From: a virus
Direction: 5' to 3' (one strand)
DNA length: 64,000 nt
Virus genome (UHGV): UHGV-1374997
In this document: one piece after another, positions 36,759 to 47,169 of the stretch
How positions within the stretch are numbered: the first letter of the stretch is position 1
How the letters are laid out: every line of letters starts with the position of its first letter
Program-made: the position numbers and the translations under genes
Notes under the pieces: model-generated
Seen by the model: the letters and a program-made list of their open reading frames with translations, nothing else
The model's database searches: none
What the model was told of the DNA's origin: nothing

Positions 36759-36772
36759 CAAGGAGAATCTAC

Positions 36773-37228
36773 ATGAGCAATCACATTATCAACTTCAAGC
36801 GTTTTCATGAAAATGCCAGTATGCCCCTCCGTGGAACCGATTGGTCCGCTGGATATGACCTCCATGCAGTCACCTGCGATATTGATTGGGATAAAGGGCT
36901 TGTTACCTATGGAACCGGAATCGGTATGGAAATCCCTGCGGGGTACGTGGGCCTCGTGTTTCCTCGGTCTTCCGTATTCAAGAAGGAAATGACGCTCTCT
37001 AATTGCGTAGGCGTCATTGACTCCGATTATCGCGGAGAGATCAAGGCTGTCTTCCGCATTCCTAAGAATTACTTCCAAGATCCTAGCCTTGCGAATAAAA
37101 TTTATGTAACTGGCGACCGGATTTGCCAGATTGTCATTGTTCCGTACCTCCCTGTCGATTGGGTGGAGACTGAGGAGCTTTCCACAACCGTTCGAGGCAC
37201 TGGCGGGTTTGGCAGCACTGGTGTGTAA
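36773..37228 (+). CDS. dut: dUTP diphosphatase
   Basis: AGYDL, GLVFPRSS, GVIDSDYRGE, RGTGGFGSTG. Confidence 0.9.
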   Translation: MSNHIINFKRFHENASMPLRGTDWSAGYDLHAVTCDIDWDKGLVTYGTGIGMEIPAGYVGLVFPRSSVFKKEMTLSNCVGVIDSDYRGEIKAVFRIPKNYFQDPSLANKIYVTGDRICQIVIVPYLPVDWVETEELSTTVRGTGGFGSTGV

Positions 37229-37239
37229 ATAATAAAAAA

Positions 37240-37277
37240 TTTTCAATGGCTAGGTATTGACGCCTAGCCATTGAAAA
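37240..37277 (+). terminator. 15-bp perfect hairpin TTTTCAATGGCTAGG-N8-CCTAGCCATTGAAAA
   Basis: Read directly after dut. Confidence 0.6.
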
Positions 37278-37317
37278 TGTATAAAAATATAAATAAATAA
37301 AAAAAAGAGGAAAGCAC

Positions 37318-39216
37318 ATGCACATTAAGATTACTTGGGATCAAGAATTCTACGACCTTATGATGTATCTTATCGCTAAATACGGCAGGGATTTTTTGAC
37401 CTTGGATGGAATTGGCGATCAGATGGATATCAATAAATTTTCAAAGGATTTTTTCAATACGGACACTACTACGGCGGACGTTTCCGTAGATTCCAACGCC
37501 AATGTATGTGCGCGGACATCCATCGAGTATAATCATGAAATGCCGAAGCCTGTCAAAAAGTACAATAGCTATTTCCTTCTCTGGAAACAAATTAAGAAGG
37601 ATTATGGGCTCCTTGAAGCTAATACTGTCGTTGAAAAAGTGCTTCGTGGGGACCTTTATGTAAATGATTCCACAGATGTAGCACTCCCCTACTGCTTTAA
37701 CTATTCTACTTATGATATTGCTCTTAATGGATTGGAAGGCGTATCTAAGAGAGTCCGTGTGTGTGCCCCTAAATCTTTGGAAACATTTGTGCGCCAAGTG
37801 GAACAATTCATGGTTGTTGCCGCAAATTCAACCTTGGGAGCTACCGGATTTGCAGACTTTCTTATTGTGGCTTCTTTGTTTGTGGAAAAAATGAAAAGCA
37901 CAGGATATGACGGTCGGATTAAGGTTGACGACTATAAAATATATGTGAAGGAAAAACTTATTAATTTTATCTATACGGTAAATTGGGAGTTCCGGGGAAA
38001 CCAGAGCCCGTTTTCTAATCTCTCTGTATTCGACCGTAATTTTCTTGAGTCTCTTTGTCCTGATTATACGATGGATGGAAAAGCTGCTAATCCTGAAACT
38101 GTTCATGAATTGCAGAGTCTTTTCCTCGACGCCATGAATGAAGAGATGCGGAGAACGCCTCTTACGTTTCCCGTAACGACAGCTTGCTTCTCTATTGATG
38201 ACGACCGAAATATCGTAGATAAGGACTTTGTAAAATTCATTGCTGAGAAAAACAAAGAGTTCGGATTTATCAATATGTATAATGGCAAGATGTCAACTTT
38301 GAGTTCGTGCTGTCGGCTTAGATCAGACAGGAAGAATGAATATTTTAATTCTTTCGGCTCCGGAAGCACAAAAATTGGATCTCTTGGTGTTGTGACGGCA
38401 AACTTCCCTCGCCTTGCAATGCAGTCGGGGGGAGATGAGGGCGTGTTTATTGATAAGCTTAGGGATGCGTTTTTTACCGCAGCGAAAATCAATAACGCTA
38501 AACGCAAAATCGTACAGCGTCGAATTGATCTGGGGGCCGCGCCTTTGTACACGCATGGGTATATGGATATTACTAAACAGTATTCCACCTTTGGAGTCAC
38601 CGGACTGTATGAAGCAGTGAGCATCCTCGGAAAGGACATTTTGGATGAGGATGGGCAAGATCTTGTGATGCGGACTCTTGAACAGATTAACCTTTGGATT
38701 GATGAAGCTCAAGAATTGTATCAAGCTCCTCATAATTGTGAACAGGTTCCCGCCGAGTCGTCCTCTGTGAAACTCGCAAAGAAAGATAAAGTCCTTGGTT
38801 ACGATTGTGGAGTATCCTTCTATTCCAATCAGTTTATTCCGCTTATCGCTAAAGCCAACATGCTCGACCGTATTAGACTCCAAGGAAAATTCGATGGATT
38901 GTTTTCGGGGGGAGCGATTTGCCATGTCAATGTTGGTGAGAGGATCGAAGATACGAAAAATATCGAAGACCTTATTTTCTATGCAGCAAAATCCGGTGTT
39001 GTTTATTGGGCGGTAAACTATCTTCTTCGAATCTGTAATGACAACCATACTTGGGTGGGTTCTGACAGATGCCCTATCTGTGGCAAAGAATGGTCTGAGG
39101 AGATTACCCGTGTTGTAGGGTTCTTTACCAATGTAAAAAATTGGAACAAGGTTCGTAGAGAAGAAGACCGACCCAATCGTCAGTTCTATAGTAAGGAAGA
39201 AATGAAATGCGAGTAG
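37318..39216 (+). CDS. nrdD: anaerobic ribonucleoside-triphosphate reductase (class III)
   Basis: C-terminal CPICGKEW zinc ribbon and glycyl-radical motif RVVGFFTNVKNWNKVRREE. Confidence 0.9.
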   Translation: MHIKITWDQEFYDLMMYLIAKYGRDFLTLDGIGDQMDINKFSKDFFNTDTTTADVSVDSNANVCARTSIEYNHEMPKPVKKYNSYFLLWKQIKKDYGLLEANTVVEKVLRGDLYVNDSTDVALPYCFNYSTYDIALNGLEGVSKRVRVCAPKSLETFVRQVEQFMVVAANSTLGATGFADFLIVASLFVEKMKSTGYDGRIKVDDYKIYVKEKLINFIYTVNWEFRGNQSPFSNLSVFDRNFLESLCPDYTMDGKAANPETVHELQSLFLDAMNEEMRRTPLTFPVTTACFSIDDDRNIVDKDFVKFIAEKNKEFGFINMYNGKMSTLSSCCRLRSDRKNEYFNSFGSGSTKIGSLGVVTANFPRLAMQSGGDEGVFIDKLRDAFFTAAKINNAKRKIVQRRIDLGAAPLYTHGYMDITKQYSTFGVTGLYEAVSILGKDILDEDGQDLVMRTLEQINLWIDEAQELYQAPHNCEQVPAESSSVKLAKKDKVLGYDCGVSFYSNQFIPLIAKANMLDRIRLQGKFDGLFSGGAICHVNVGERIEDTKNIEDLIFYAAKSGVVYWAVNYLLRICNDNHTWVGSDRCPICGKEWSEEITRVVGFFTNVKNWNKVRREEDRPNRQFYSKEEMKCE

Positions 39217-39650
39217 CGGGCACGGAGTTTAATTTGGCTCATCGAGCATTGGAAATATATCTTTCCGGATGCAAAGCCCCCCATTGCGAAGGGTGCCACA
39301 ATAAAGAGCTTTGGGAATTTAATCAGGGGATTCCGTATCAAGAATGGATTAAAACCCAAGAAAATTCTGGACTTTTTAAAGATAGTCAGATATTAATAAA
39401 AAGGGTCTGGATTTTGGGGGGTGAGCCTCTTGACCAGAATTTGATTTCCCTTCAAAACTTCATTACCCAGTTGTATGTGTATTTTCCAGAGATTTGGTTG
39501 TGGACAAGGTATGAAAAAATCCCTAGGCCACTCCACCATCTACTAAGATATGCTAAACTCGGAATGTATGATAAGACAAAACCATCTTATACGGAGCCTT
39601 TGTTCGAGATAAAGCTGGCGTCGAATAACCAAAGAATCATAGAGTTGTAG
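39207..39650 (+). CDS. nrdG: anaerobic RNR activating protein (radical SAM, phage-type short form)
   Basis: GCKAPHCEGCHN cluster like T4 NrdG GCLHKCEGCYN; overlaps nrdD end. Confidence 0.8.
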   Translation: MRVAGTEFNLAHRALEIYLSGCKAPHCEGCHNKELWEFNQGIPYQEWIKTQENSGLFKDSQILIKRVWILGGEPLDQNLISLQNFITQLYVYFPEIWLWTRYEKIPRPLHHLLRYAKLGMYDKTKPSYTEPLFEIKLASNNQRIIEL

Positions 39651-39651
39651 C

Positions 39652-39699
39652 TTAATCTGAGGTACGTAATCGTATTTAGTTTTACGTACCTCAGATTAA
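39652..39699 (+). terminator. 18-bp perfect hairpin TTAATCTGAGGTACGTAA-N12-TTACGTACCTCAGATTAA
   Basis: Read directly after nrdG. Confidence 0.6.
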
Positions 39700-39713
39700 A
39701 TAAAGGAGGATCT

Positions 39714-39959
39714 ATGGAGTTTACGAATCGAGAAGGTGCGGTAGTTTCCGCATTTACTGGATTTCTGATGGGTGCATGGAGCGAATATCATTCTTATGTT
39801 GAGGAACTTTTTGGGCGGCCCGTAACCCACGTAGAAATGTGCGACCCTGATTTTAGAAAGGAGCTTAGAGAAAAAGCCCGTCCAGACTTTGTGGGTATAT
39901 GCGATATTCTTTATGAGGAATGGCTTAATAGTGGAAAAGAAAATACTAAGGAGGCATAA
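39714..39959 (+). CDS. hypothetical protein (81 aa)
   Basis: SD AAGGAGG. Confidence 0.6.
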   Translation: MEFTNREGAVVSAFTGFLMGAWSEYHSYVEELFGRPVTHVEMCDPDFRKELREKARPDFVGICDILYEEWLNSGKENTKEA

Positions 39960-39961
39960 AG

Positions 39962-40432
39962 ATGAGCGAGTTATATCAAACTATTATAGAAATACCTAAA
40001 TTCACACTGTTCATCCCTACCGAAGAACGCCCCATCCATAGAATTGTTCTTGGAACTCATAGATGCAGAATTGTGGGTATTGGGGATGACGCCTTTCCTA
40101 TCGAGGATGGAACTCTCTCTTTTGCAAATGGTCTTAACCTTTTTCGGGTTAAGGGACGCTATTCTCAATATGATCTTCTTTTTAAGGAGCAAATACCAGA
40201 AGAAGAAATTGATAAATACGATAAGGACGATTCTGAAATCTATTATGCTCGTAAGCATTGGTTTTCAAATAAGAAAGTGGCGTATGGGGATGGATGGTGC
40301 AAGTTAAAAGAAAAAAGGGAAATTGATATAATTTTCAAAGCTCCTTTGCATCTTAGTATAGCCCTCATCCCTTTGGAGCAGCGAGAAGAGCTTTGGGAAG
40401 ATTTGATTAAGAAAGGAGCCGTATGTATATGA
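39962..40432 (+). CDS. hypothetical protein (156 aa)
   Basis: SD AAGGAGG. Confidence 0.6.
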   Translation: MSELYQTIIEIPKFTLFIPTEERPIHRIVLGTHRCRIVGIGDDAFPIEDGTLSFANGLNLFRVKGRYSQYDLLFKEQIPEEEIDKYDKDDSEIYYARKHWFSNKKVAYGDGWCKLKEKREIDIIFKAPLHLSIALIPLEQREELWEDLIKKGAVCI

Positions 40433-41004
40433 AGGATACTAAAGTTATCAATCTTTATGGAGGCCCCGGATGTGGGAAAAGTACCGGAGCCGCCCATATA
40501 TTCTCGGAGCTAAAGCTGTGTGGGATTTCTTGCGAGCTTGTAACTGAGTTTGCTAAAGATTGTGTATGGGACAATAGCGTCGACCTACTGAATGATCAAT
40601 TGCTCGTTACCGCGCAGCAATGGCATCGAGTAGATAGGCTTCTTGGGAAAGTCGATTATGTTATTACGGACTCGCCTATCCTGATTGGACTGGCATATAT
40701 CGCTCCTAAGTCGTATTATTACACACCTTTATTCGAATTGATCCTCAATCTGCATCGCTCCGTAAAGACAATGGATGTTTTTGTTAAAAGGGTGAAAAAA
40801 TATTCTATGGTAGGTAGAATCCAAACGGAAACGGAAGCAAAAGAGAAAGACATAATTCTTAAAGAAATTTTTGAAAAACATACTAATTTGTCTTCTCAAT
40901 TCTATATCATTGGAGATGAAGATGGATACAACGCCGTGATTGATGAAATTCTTCTAAATCATAAAGGGAGCCATCATAGACAACAATCCATTTATGAGTG
41001 GTAA
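40423..41004 (+). CDS. P-loop NTPase, putative (deoxy)nucleotide/polynucleotide kinase
   Basis: Walker A LYGGPGCGKST; Walker-B-like VDYVITDSP. Confidence 0.6.
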   Translation: MYMKDTKVINLYGGPGCGKSTGAAHIFSELKLCGISCELVTEFAKDCVWDNSVDLLNDQLLVTAQQWHRVDRLLGKVDYVITDSPILIGLAYIAPKSYYYTPLFELILNLHRSVKTMDVFVKRVKKYSMVGRIQTETEAKEKDIILKEIFEKHTNLSSQFYIIGDEDGYNAVIDEILLNHKGSHHRQQSIYEW

Positions 41005-41102
41005 GGAGCAATTTTAGGCCCTTAGTGTTCTATAAAGAGCGATTATACTTCGTTTTTATAATATGTACTTTGATTATTTTTGATATAAATAAAAATTAAT
41101 AA

Positions 41103-41130
41103 TGGGGCGTATTTACGCCCCATATTTTTC
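41103..41130 (+). terminator. rho-independent terminator GGGGCGTA..TACGCCCC + TTTTT
   Basis: Read directly. Confidence 0.6.
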
Positions 41131-41132
41131 CT

Positions 41133-41187
41133 ATTTTACAATTTTGTCAATTTTTTACTTGACAAAGGAAAATATATGTCGTATAGG
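41133..41187 (+). promoter_or_regulatory. third copy of dyad element ATTTTACAATTTTGTCAA followed by promoter TTGACA-N17-TATAGG for the virion operon
   Basis: Read directly; TTGACA 41159-41164, -10 41182-41187. Confidence 0.5.
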
Positions 41188-41222
41188 ACGTAGTAGTAAA
41201 TTTTTACCGTAGGGCAGGTACT

Positions 41223-42551
41223 ATGGGTTTTTTAAATATTTTCGATAACTTCCGAAAAAAGGACTCAGAATATAAATCGAATATGGATGATTCGTTCTTA
41301 AATTCGATTTCTGTTTCCGATTCCGGTACTCCCGTTACCACACGGACAGCACTTGATTGTTCTGTCGTCTTGGCTTGTGTTTCCGTTATTTCCAATGGTA
41401 TCGCTCAGGTTCCTTTTCGTTTGTATCAAAAAAAGGGAAATACTAGAAAGCCAGCGGAAAATCACCCATTGTATTGGCTTTTTGAGGAAGGCCCAAACCC
41501 ATATCAAAGCCAATTTGAATTTCGGGAGACTCTCGGCTTGCATCTCGCGCTGACTGGAGAGGCTTTCGTTTGGCTTGTAAGAGTACGTGGAGAGATTAAG
41601 GAGATGTATCCTTTCCCTCCCGGCATGGTTAATGTTCAGATGGATGAATCTGATTCTCTTGGGCTTCGGTCAAAATATTTTGTAACGACCGAAAACGGAC
41701 GATATATTGAAATCCCTGAAAAGGATATGTGGCATTTGAAGTGGAGAGGATACGATGTTATTCGTGGCCTGTCCCCTGTCAAACTGGCTAAAAATGCTAT
41801 TGGTCTTTCTTTGTCTTCGGATAAATATCTTGGAACATCTTTAAAGAATGGAGTTAAACCTTCCGGAATTCTTACCGCAGTAAATGACTTGACAGAGGAA
41901 CAGAGAAAGCGTATTCGTGAGACGTGGGAGAGAGAATATAGCGGTTCAAGAAATGCCAATAAGACAATTATCTTGAGCAACGATTTTCGATATCAGCAGA
42001 TGTCCATGACTAATCAGGACGCTCAGTTTGTTGAGAATCGTCAATTCCAAGTTGCGGATCTTTGTCGAAATTGGGGAGTGATGCCAATCATGGTCTTTGA
42101 TTATATGAAGACCACAACGTACGCATCTTCCGAACAGCTTTTCTTGCAGCATAAAATTCATACGCTTGATCCGTGGTATCGGCGTATTGAAACGAGTGCC
42201 AATAAATTCTTGCTCACAGAAGAACAGCGTAGAAAGGAAGGTCTGTATTTCAAGTTCATGGATGATGGATTGCTTCGTGGCGACGCGAAAAGCCGTGCCG
42301 AAGTTTACCGCACTGCCATCAATTCCGGGTATATGACTCCTAATGAAGTTCGAGCCCTGTCTGAAATGAATCCCGTCAAGGGCGGCGATGAGCTATTTAT
42401 GCAGGGGGCTATGAGGACTGTAGAATCCATTGTTAAGGAAGCGGACGTAATGGACGCACAGATTCCTCAATCAGGTAGTACAATTCCGAAAAAACCTAAA
42501 AACGGAGAGACGAACAATGACGATCAACGGAATGACGAAAACAATGAGTAA
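41223..42551 (+). CDS. portal protein (HK97 family)
   Basis: 442 aa, position ahead of protease and capsid; HK97-portal-like blocks. Confidence 0.85.
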   Translation: MGFLNIFDNFRKKDSEYKSNMDDSFLNSISVSDSGTPVTTRTALDCSVVLACVSVISNGIAQVPFRLYQKKGNTRKPAENHPLYWLFEEGPNPYQSQFEFRETLGLHLALTGEAFVWLVRVRGEIKEMYPFPPGMVNVQMDESDSLGLRSKYFVTTENGRYIEIPEKDMWHLKWRGYDVIRGLSPVKLAKNAIGLSLSSDKYLGTSLKNGVKPSGILTAVNDLTEEQRKRIRETWEREYSGSRNANKTIILSNDFRYQQMSMTNQDAQFVENRQFQVADLCRNWGVMPIMVFDYMKTTTYASSEQLFLQHKIHTLDPWYRRIETSANKFLLTEEQRRKEGLYFKFMDDGLLRGDAKSRAEVYRTAINSGYMTPNEVRALSEMNPVKGGDELFMQGAMRTVESIVKEADVMDAQIPQSGSTIPKKPKNGETNNDDQRNDENNE

Positions 42552-42720
42552 AGATCAAGCCACCCTTTCTAAGCTTATTTATTTCAAGAAACGTGATTTG
42601 GATTGGGTAGAGGAGCTTTTGCGGCAAGGCGTCGACCCAACCTGTACTGAATATGAACTCATTAAAAAAGAGTTGGCGGAACTGGAGAGCGAATTTAAAG
42701 GAAATTCGGAGAAAAAATAA
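42544..42720 (+). CDS. small hypothetical protein between portal and protease
   Basis: ORF 42517..42720; ATG overlapping portal stop. Confidence 0.4.
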   Translation: MSKDQATLSKLIYFKKRDLDWVEELLRQGVDPTCTEYELIKKELAELESEFKGNSEKK

Positions 42721-43646
42721 TGACAGTTGAAACGAAACAATTTTATGCTTTCAATGATCTTGAATGTAAAAGCGATGATGGAGATCAATATACGTTTTCC
42801 GGCTATCTCGCGGTTTATAATAATGTTGATCAAGGACTCGATGTTATTATGCCGGGCGCATTCAAAGACTCTCTTCGAGAATGGAAAAAGAAAGGATACT
42901 ATCCTCCGATGTTAAAGCAGCATGGAGGATTTAAGATCAATGCTGATGACCTTGAGCCTATCGGAAAATGGACGCTCATGCGTGAAGATGATAAGGGGCT
43001 TTATGTTGAAGGAAAGCTCTTTAGCACCACGTCTGGAAGAAATATATGGACGGTCCTGAAAGAATCTGATCCCGGCTCAATGGGTATGAGTATTGGATAT
43101 CAAGCCAGAGATTATAAATACGTTGAAGGGAAGAAATACGGTAAACAATATTCTGGTTATACTATTCGAGAATTAAATAAAATTAATCTTAGCGAAGGGT
43201 CAGTGGTGACATTTCCCATGAATACGGAAGCTACTATTGACGCGGTGAAAAATATCGGCACCCTGCGAGATGCCGAACAATTCCTCCGTGAAAAAGGTTT
43301 TTCCAATAAGGAAGCCAAAGATATCGTTGTCCAGCTTAAATCCATTATCTCCGCTGATATTGATGCGGAAATTAAGGGAATTAAACAGCCGGAAGAATCT
43401 AAGGAAGCTCATGAGGAACCTAAAGAAACTCAAGAGGAATCTGTAAGTATTTCCGAAAAGTCGAATGAGTCTGAAAGCAAAGCCCCCGAAAACATTGCTG
43501 AGGATAAAACGAAAGACGAAAATACGGAAGAAGCTAAAATGGACGAAGAACTTTCTGCATGGCTTGATGAGGCTATTGCTACCAAGCGTAAAGAAAATGC
43601 GGAAAGGGAAACTCTGGAAGCACTGGAAGCGTTGCTCCGAAAATAA
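42720..43646 (+). CDS. prohead protease (HK97 gp4 / S78) with C-terminal acidic scaffold-like extension
   Basis: N-terminal protease fold blocks; C-terminal E/K-rich coiled coil. Confidence 0.8.
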   Translation: MTVETKQFYAFNDLECKSDDGDQYTFSGYLAVYNNVDQGLDVIMPGAFKDSLREWKKKGYYPPMLKQHGGFKINADDLEPIGKWTLMREDDKGLYVEGKLFSTTSGRNIWTVLKESDPGSMGMSIGYQARDYKYVEGKKYGKQYSGYTIRELNKINLSEGSVVTFPMNTEATIDAVKNIGTLRDAEQFLREKGFSNKEAKDIVVQLKSIISADIDAEIKGIKQPEESKEAHEEPKETQEESVSISEKSNESESKAPENIAEDKTKDENTEEAKMDEELSAWLDEAIATKRKENAERETLEALEALLRK

Positions 43647-43673
43647 TTTTTAATAAAAAAAATATGACTGATT

Positions 43674-43712
43674 ATTACGCCGTTTTCTTAATTGAGACGG
43701 CGTAATTTTTTT
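43674..43712 (+). terminator. rho-independent terminator TTACGCCGT..ACGGCGTAA + TTTTTTT
   Basis: Read directly. Confidence 0.7.
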
Positions 43713-43858
43713 GTTCTTTTTAAAAAAGGGGTTGACAAAAATGTAAAAATATGATTTACACTATCAAAGTCAATATTGGCAATGCCTCAGTTCGGGATGA
43801 ATGGGAGGTGCTTTTTACTTTATCTATTTTAAAAATCTCGAAAAGAGGAAGTATTTTT

Positions 43859-45160
43859 ATGGCTGAAAATCCTATTGTAGAAAAGATTAATGCTCTCTGG
43901 GAAGAACAGAAGGCTACTCTTGACAAGCGTGACGAGGCTTTGAAGAAAGATCATACCGCAGCTATCTCCGACCTCAAGGAAATGCTTGCTAAACAGGATG
44001 AGGACTTTAAGAAGTATAAGGCCGAAGCGGACGAAGAGATTAAGCGTCTCAAGATTTCGAGTGCCCCTTCTGGTGATCCTAAGACCCGTGAAGATATGGT
44101 TAAGTCCGCTTTCTTCCGTACCGTCCATAAGACCAACTATCAGGATCTTCCCGAGGAATCAAAGTCAGCCCTTATTGAAGCTGAAATGCGTGCCGCGAAA
44201 GCTTATGGCCTTCCCAAGTCAGAAATGGAAATGAAGACTCTCCTGTCAGGTATTGATACCTACGGTGGCATCTTCGTTCCGGTCGAAGTTGAACAGGATA
44301 TTCTGAAACTCGCCCGTGATGACTCTGCGATTTATCGTCTTGCTGAAAAGAAGACTACGGGTACGTCCAGTTATGAACGCCCCGTCCGTCTCTCCGAATC
44401 ATCCGCTGTGTGGACTGGTGAAGTCGAAACCCGCCGCGAAACCAAGACCCCGGATTACGGTCAGCTCAAGTTGGATGTTCATACGCTCATGGCGAAGCCC
44501 ACCTTGTCCTCCGAACTCATCGAAGACTCTTATGTCGACATCGAAGCCGAACTCATGGACAGCACCCGTATTGCCTTTGGCGAAACGATTGCTCATGCTC
44601 ATGTGTGGGGCAATGGCGTGAAGAAGCCTTTCGGCATTCTTGCCTATCCCGTTGCCGAACAGACTGGCAAGGCTGGTGTTGATTGGGGCAAGCTCGGTTT
44701 TGCTAAGACTGGCAAGGCTGGCGCGTTCCTCCCTTATGACCCTGCCTCTAAGGATAAAGGCCCCGCCGATTGCCTTATCGATATGACCACCTTCCTGAAA
44801 CGCGGCTATCGTCAGGGTGCTAACTGGCTGATGAACTCCTTTACCGAGTCCTCCGTGCGTAAGCTCAAGGATAACGATGGTAACTATCTGTGGCAGCCGT
44901 CCTTGCAGATGGGTAAGCCGAATACCCTGCTCGGCTATAACATCGAAATTGACGAAAATATGCCCGACATTGAAGCCAATGCTTTCTCTGTAGCCTTCGG
45001 CAACTTCCGTAAGGGGTATCTTGTTGTCGAACGTCGCGGTATGCGTATCCAGCGCGACACCGTGACCAAGGCTCCTCTCGTTATCTTCAACATTGACCTG
45101 CGTACTGGCGGCGGCATTCAGAACTTTGAAGCTATTAAGCTGCTCAAGTTCGCGGCCTAA
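43859..45160 (+). CDS. major capsid protein (HK97 fold)
   Basis: Start refined to MAENPIVEK after AAGAGGAAG; 433 aa. Confidence 0.85.
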   Translation: MAENPIVEKINALWEEQKATLDKRDEALKKDHTAAISDLKEMLAKQDEDFKKYKAEADEEIKRLKISSAPSGDPKTREDMVKSAFFRTVHKTNYQDLPEESKSALIEAEMRAAKAYGLPKSEMEMKTLLSGIDTYGGIFVPVEVEQDILKLARDDSAIYRLAEKKTTGTSSYERPVRLSESSAVWTGEVETRRETKTPDYGQLKLDVHTLMAKPTLSSELIEDSYVDIEAELMDSTRIAFGETIAHAHVWGNGVKKPFGILAYPVAEQTGKAGVDWGKLGFAKTGKAGAFLPYDPASKDKGPADCLIDMTTFLKRGYRQGANWLMNSFTESSVRKLKDNDGNYLWQPSLQMGKPNTLLGYNIEIDENMPDIEANAFSVAFGNFRKGYLVVERRGMRIQRDTVTKAPLVIFNIDLRTGGGIQNFEAIKLLKFAA

Positions 45161-45180
45161 GCAAAAAAGGAGAAATCATT

Positions 45181-45531
45181 ATGGCTATGAAAGATCTTGC
45201 ATCTCATATGAAGGTGGTCCCGGTTACTTCGGGAACTCCTATTGACATTCAGGGGTTTAACTCCGTCACCTTTATTCTTGAAGGTGACGGCACCAACGAT
45301 GCTTCGCTTGCTATCACGCATGGCGACACGTCTTCCGGCGCTACGGAAGCTCTTGAACCTCTGGACCTCACTAAACCTATTGCGGACGTGAAAGTCACTG
45401 CGTCAGTAACTAGTGCTAAAGTCGGTTACATCGGTAGCCGCCAGTTCGTGAAGGTTGAAGTTACTAAGTCCACTGGCACCCCGACCGTTCATGCGGTTCT
45501 GATGCGCGCTGACCTTGTTCCGGTGGAGTAA
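45181..45531 (+). CDS. putative head decoration / accessory protein
   Basis: 116 aa, Thr/Val-rich beta-like, follows the capsid gene. Confidence 0.5.
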   Translation: MAMKDLASHMKVVPVTSGTPIDIQGFNSVTFILEGDGTNDASLAITHGDTSSGATEALEPLDLTKPIADVKVTASVTSAKVGYIGSRQFVKVEVTKSTGTPTVHAVLMRADLVPVE

Positions 45532-45537
45532 TTCCCT

Positions 45538-45849
45538 ATGGCTATCAACGAAGCGATTACCAGCGTAGCATCTCCTGTAGAAGCCGCCGCTGATGAAACC
45601 CCGAAGTCTTCCGCGAAGCCTAAATCATCAAAAGAAATTGTGAGTGGGGCGGATACCGCCCCCTCCGTTTCAGAAGATGTTATGGGTATCGTAGAAGACC
45701 TGAAAAAGGCCGGGCTTGATGAACGACTTAAAAGGGAAAATCTGACTATCGTTGCTTTTGTCGGTGGTCGTTCCGGTTTCGGTTCCGCCGAGATTGTTCT
45801 TACCGAGCTTGCCGATAAAGTAAAGCATAAAATCAACGAAGGGAAATAG
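45538..45849 (+). CDS. hypothetical head-module protein
   Basis: ORF. Confidence 0.55.
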   Translation: MAINEAITSVASPVEAAADETPKSSAKPKSSKEIVSGADTAPSVSEDVMGIVEDLKKAGLDERLKRENLTIVAFVGGRSGFGSAEIVLTELADKVKHKINEGK

Positions 45850-45854
45850 ACGAT

Positions 45855-46817
45855 ATGAGTCTTGACATGACCATTGCCCCTAAATGCTATCCTGTTTCTG
45901 TGGAAGAGGTCAAGCAGCATTTGAGGCTGAATACCACAACTGCGGAAGAAGATTTTTATATTGAAAATCTTATAGCTTCCGCTACGACTCACGCGGAACA
46001 GAAAACCGGGCGAGTTTTTGTAGATTCAGAATGGTCGTGGACTCCCTCCGAAAAAGAGATGAATGGATCTGCGGTTCCTCTCCCCGTGGTTCCCGTTACA
46101 TCCGTAGAAGTGTTTGACTCTTCGGGCCAGCCTGTCTCTCCTGACCTGTATACTGTTGAATACCCTGCGTTGTCGCCGCAAGGAAATCCGCTTATTGGAT
46201 CTCTCTCCCCTTTGAGCGGATTTCCTCTCAATCCAAAAATTGTTCTTCGTGCCGGATATACGGTAGAAGAAAAATCCGAAAAAATCGTAACTAACGAATC
46301 TCCTTTCGTCGAACCCACTAAGGCCGGATTTACCGAATCTAGCGTTACTCTCGTATTCAATCGACCCATTATGGGTGATGCAAAACCAGAAAATTTTCAA
46401 ATCTATGATTCCGTTGGAAACAACGTACCTGTGCTTGCCGTCTTTGTCAAGGATGATGTTGTAAAAATTCAGACTACGGAAGCATCAATTGTGAAAGGCG
46501 CGTCCCTCATCATAAATTATGCTGGCGGTTTCCTTCACGATGAATTTCATAATTATGTAGATGCCCAATCTGTAAAGATTCCTCCTATCGCGGAAATTCC
46601 GAAATTACATATTGCTCCGGATGCAATTCCAACTCAAAAAGTTTTTGTAAGCAATTGTCCTCATCCTTTGAAACAATGGATTATGGTTCGTACAGGAACG
46701 CTCTTTCAGCAAAGATCCGAGATAGCTTTGAGAGCAGGAAAATCTAACGACGCACTATTTCCAAGCAATTTTATAGATAATATATTGGACACATTTAAAA
46801 TTATAGGATTTGTTTGA
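45855..46817 (+). CDS. head-tail connector (gp6-like N-domain) with extended C-terminus
   Basis: VSVEEVKQHLRLNTTTAEEDFYIENLIASATTHAEQKTGR. Confidence 0.65.
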   Translation: MSLDMTIAPKCYPVSVEEVKQHLRLNTTTAEEDFYIENLIASATTHAEQKTGRVFVDSEWSWTPSEKEMNGSAVPLPVVPVTSVEVFDSSGQPVSPDLYTVEYPALSPQGNPLIGSLSPLSGFPLNPKIVLRAGYTVEEKSEKIVTNESPFVEPTKAGFTESSVTLVFNRPIMGDAKPENFQIYDSVGNNVPVLAVFVKDDVVKIQTTEASIVKGASLIINYAGGFLHDEFHNYVDAQSVKIPPIAEIPKLHIAPDAIPTQKVFVSNCPHPLKQWIMVRTGTLFQQRSEIALRAGKSNDALFPSNFIDNILDTFKIIGFV

Positions 46818-47169
46818 TATGCTTGATTATACTTCAAATCCTGCCGTATTAAATAAAAGAGCGACATTGCTTAAAGAAGTTCGATCAAGAGACGTTACTG
46901 GCTCACCGACAAGTTTATATCATCCTGTAGCTGACATCTATGTTGGCATTGAATATATGTCTGGGAGAGAATATTGGATTGCTTCTCAGTCTCAAGGCGA
47001 AGGGACGATACGAATTTCCATGAGATTTCGTTCGGATGTTTCAGACAGAAGTAGATTCATATTACATTCGGATCATGAAGGCGATATTGTTTTGGAAGTA
47101 AAGTCACCTCCTATAAATAAAGAAAATACTTATCTTGAAGTTATGTGTAGGAGACTTTCCGATGCTTAA
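46810..47169 (+). CDS. head closure / adaptor protein
   Basis: Position and size. Confidence 0.5.
   Translation: MFDMLDYTSNPAVLNKRATLLKEVRSRDVTGSPTSLYHPVADIYVGIEYMSGREYWIASQSQGEGTIRISMRFRSDVSDRSRFILHSDHEGDIVLEVKSPPINKENTYLEVMCRRLSDA

Noticed and set aside
36755-37246. 163-aa minus-strand ORF
   Set aside because: Antisense to dut, whose motifs are canonical
38103-39048. Minus-strand ORFs 38103..38639 and 38323..39048
   Set aside because: Antisense to nrdD, which has unmistakable class III RNR motifs; shadow ORFs
43751-43858. Upstream in-frame extension of the capsid ORF (MIYTIKVNIG...)
   Set aside because: Overlaps the predicted promoter/terminator region; the ATG at 43859 has a strong SD, so the extension is likely non-coding
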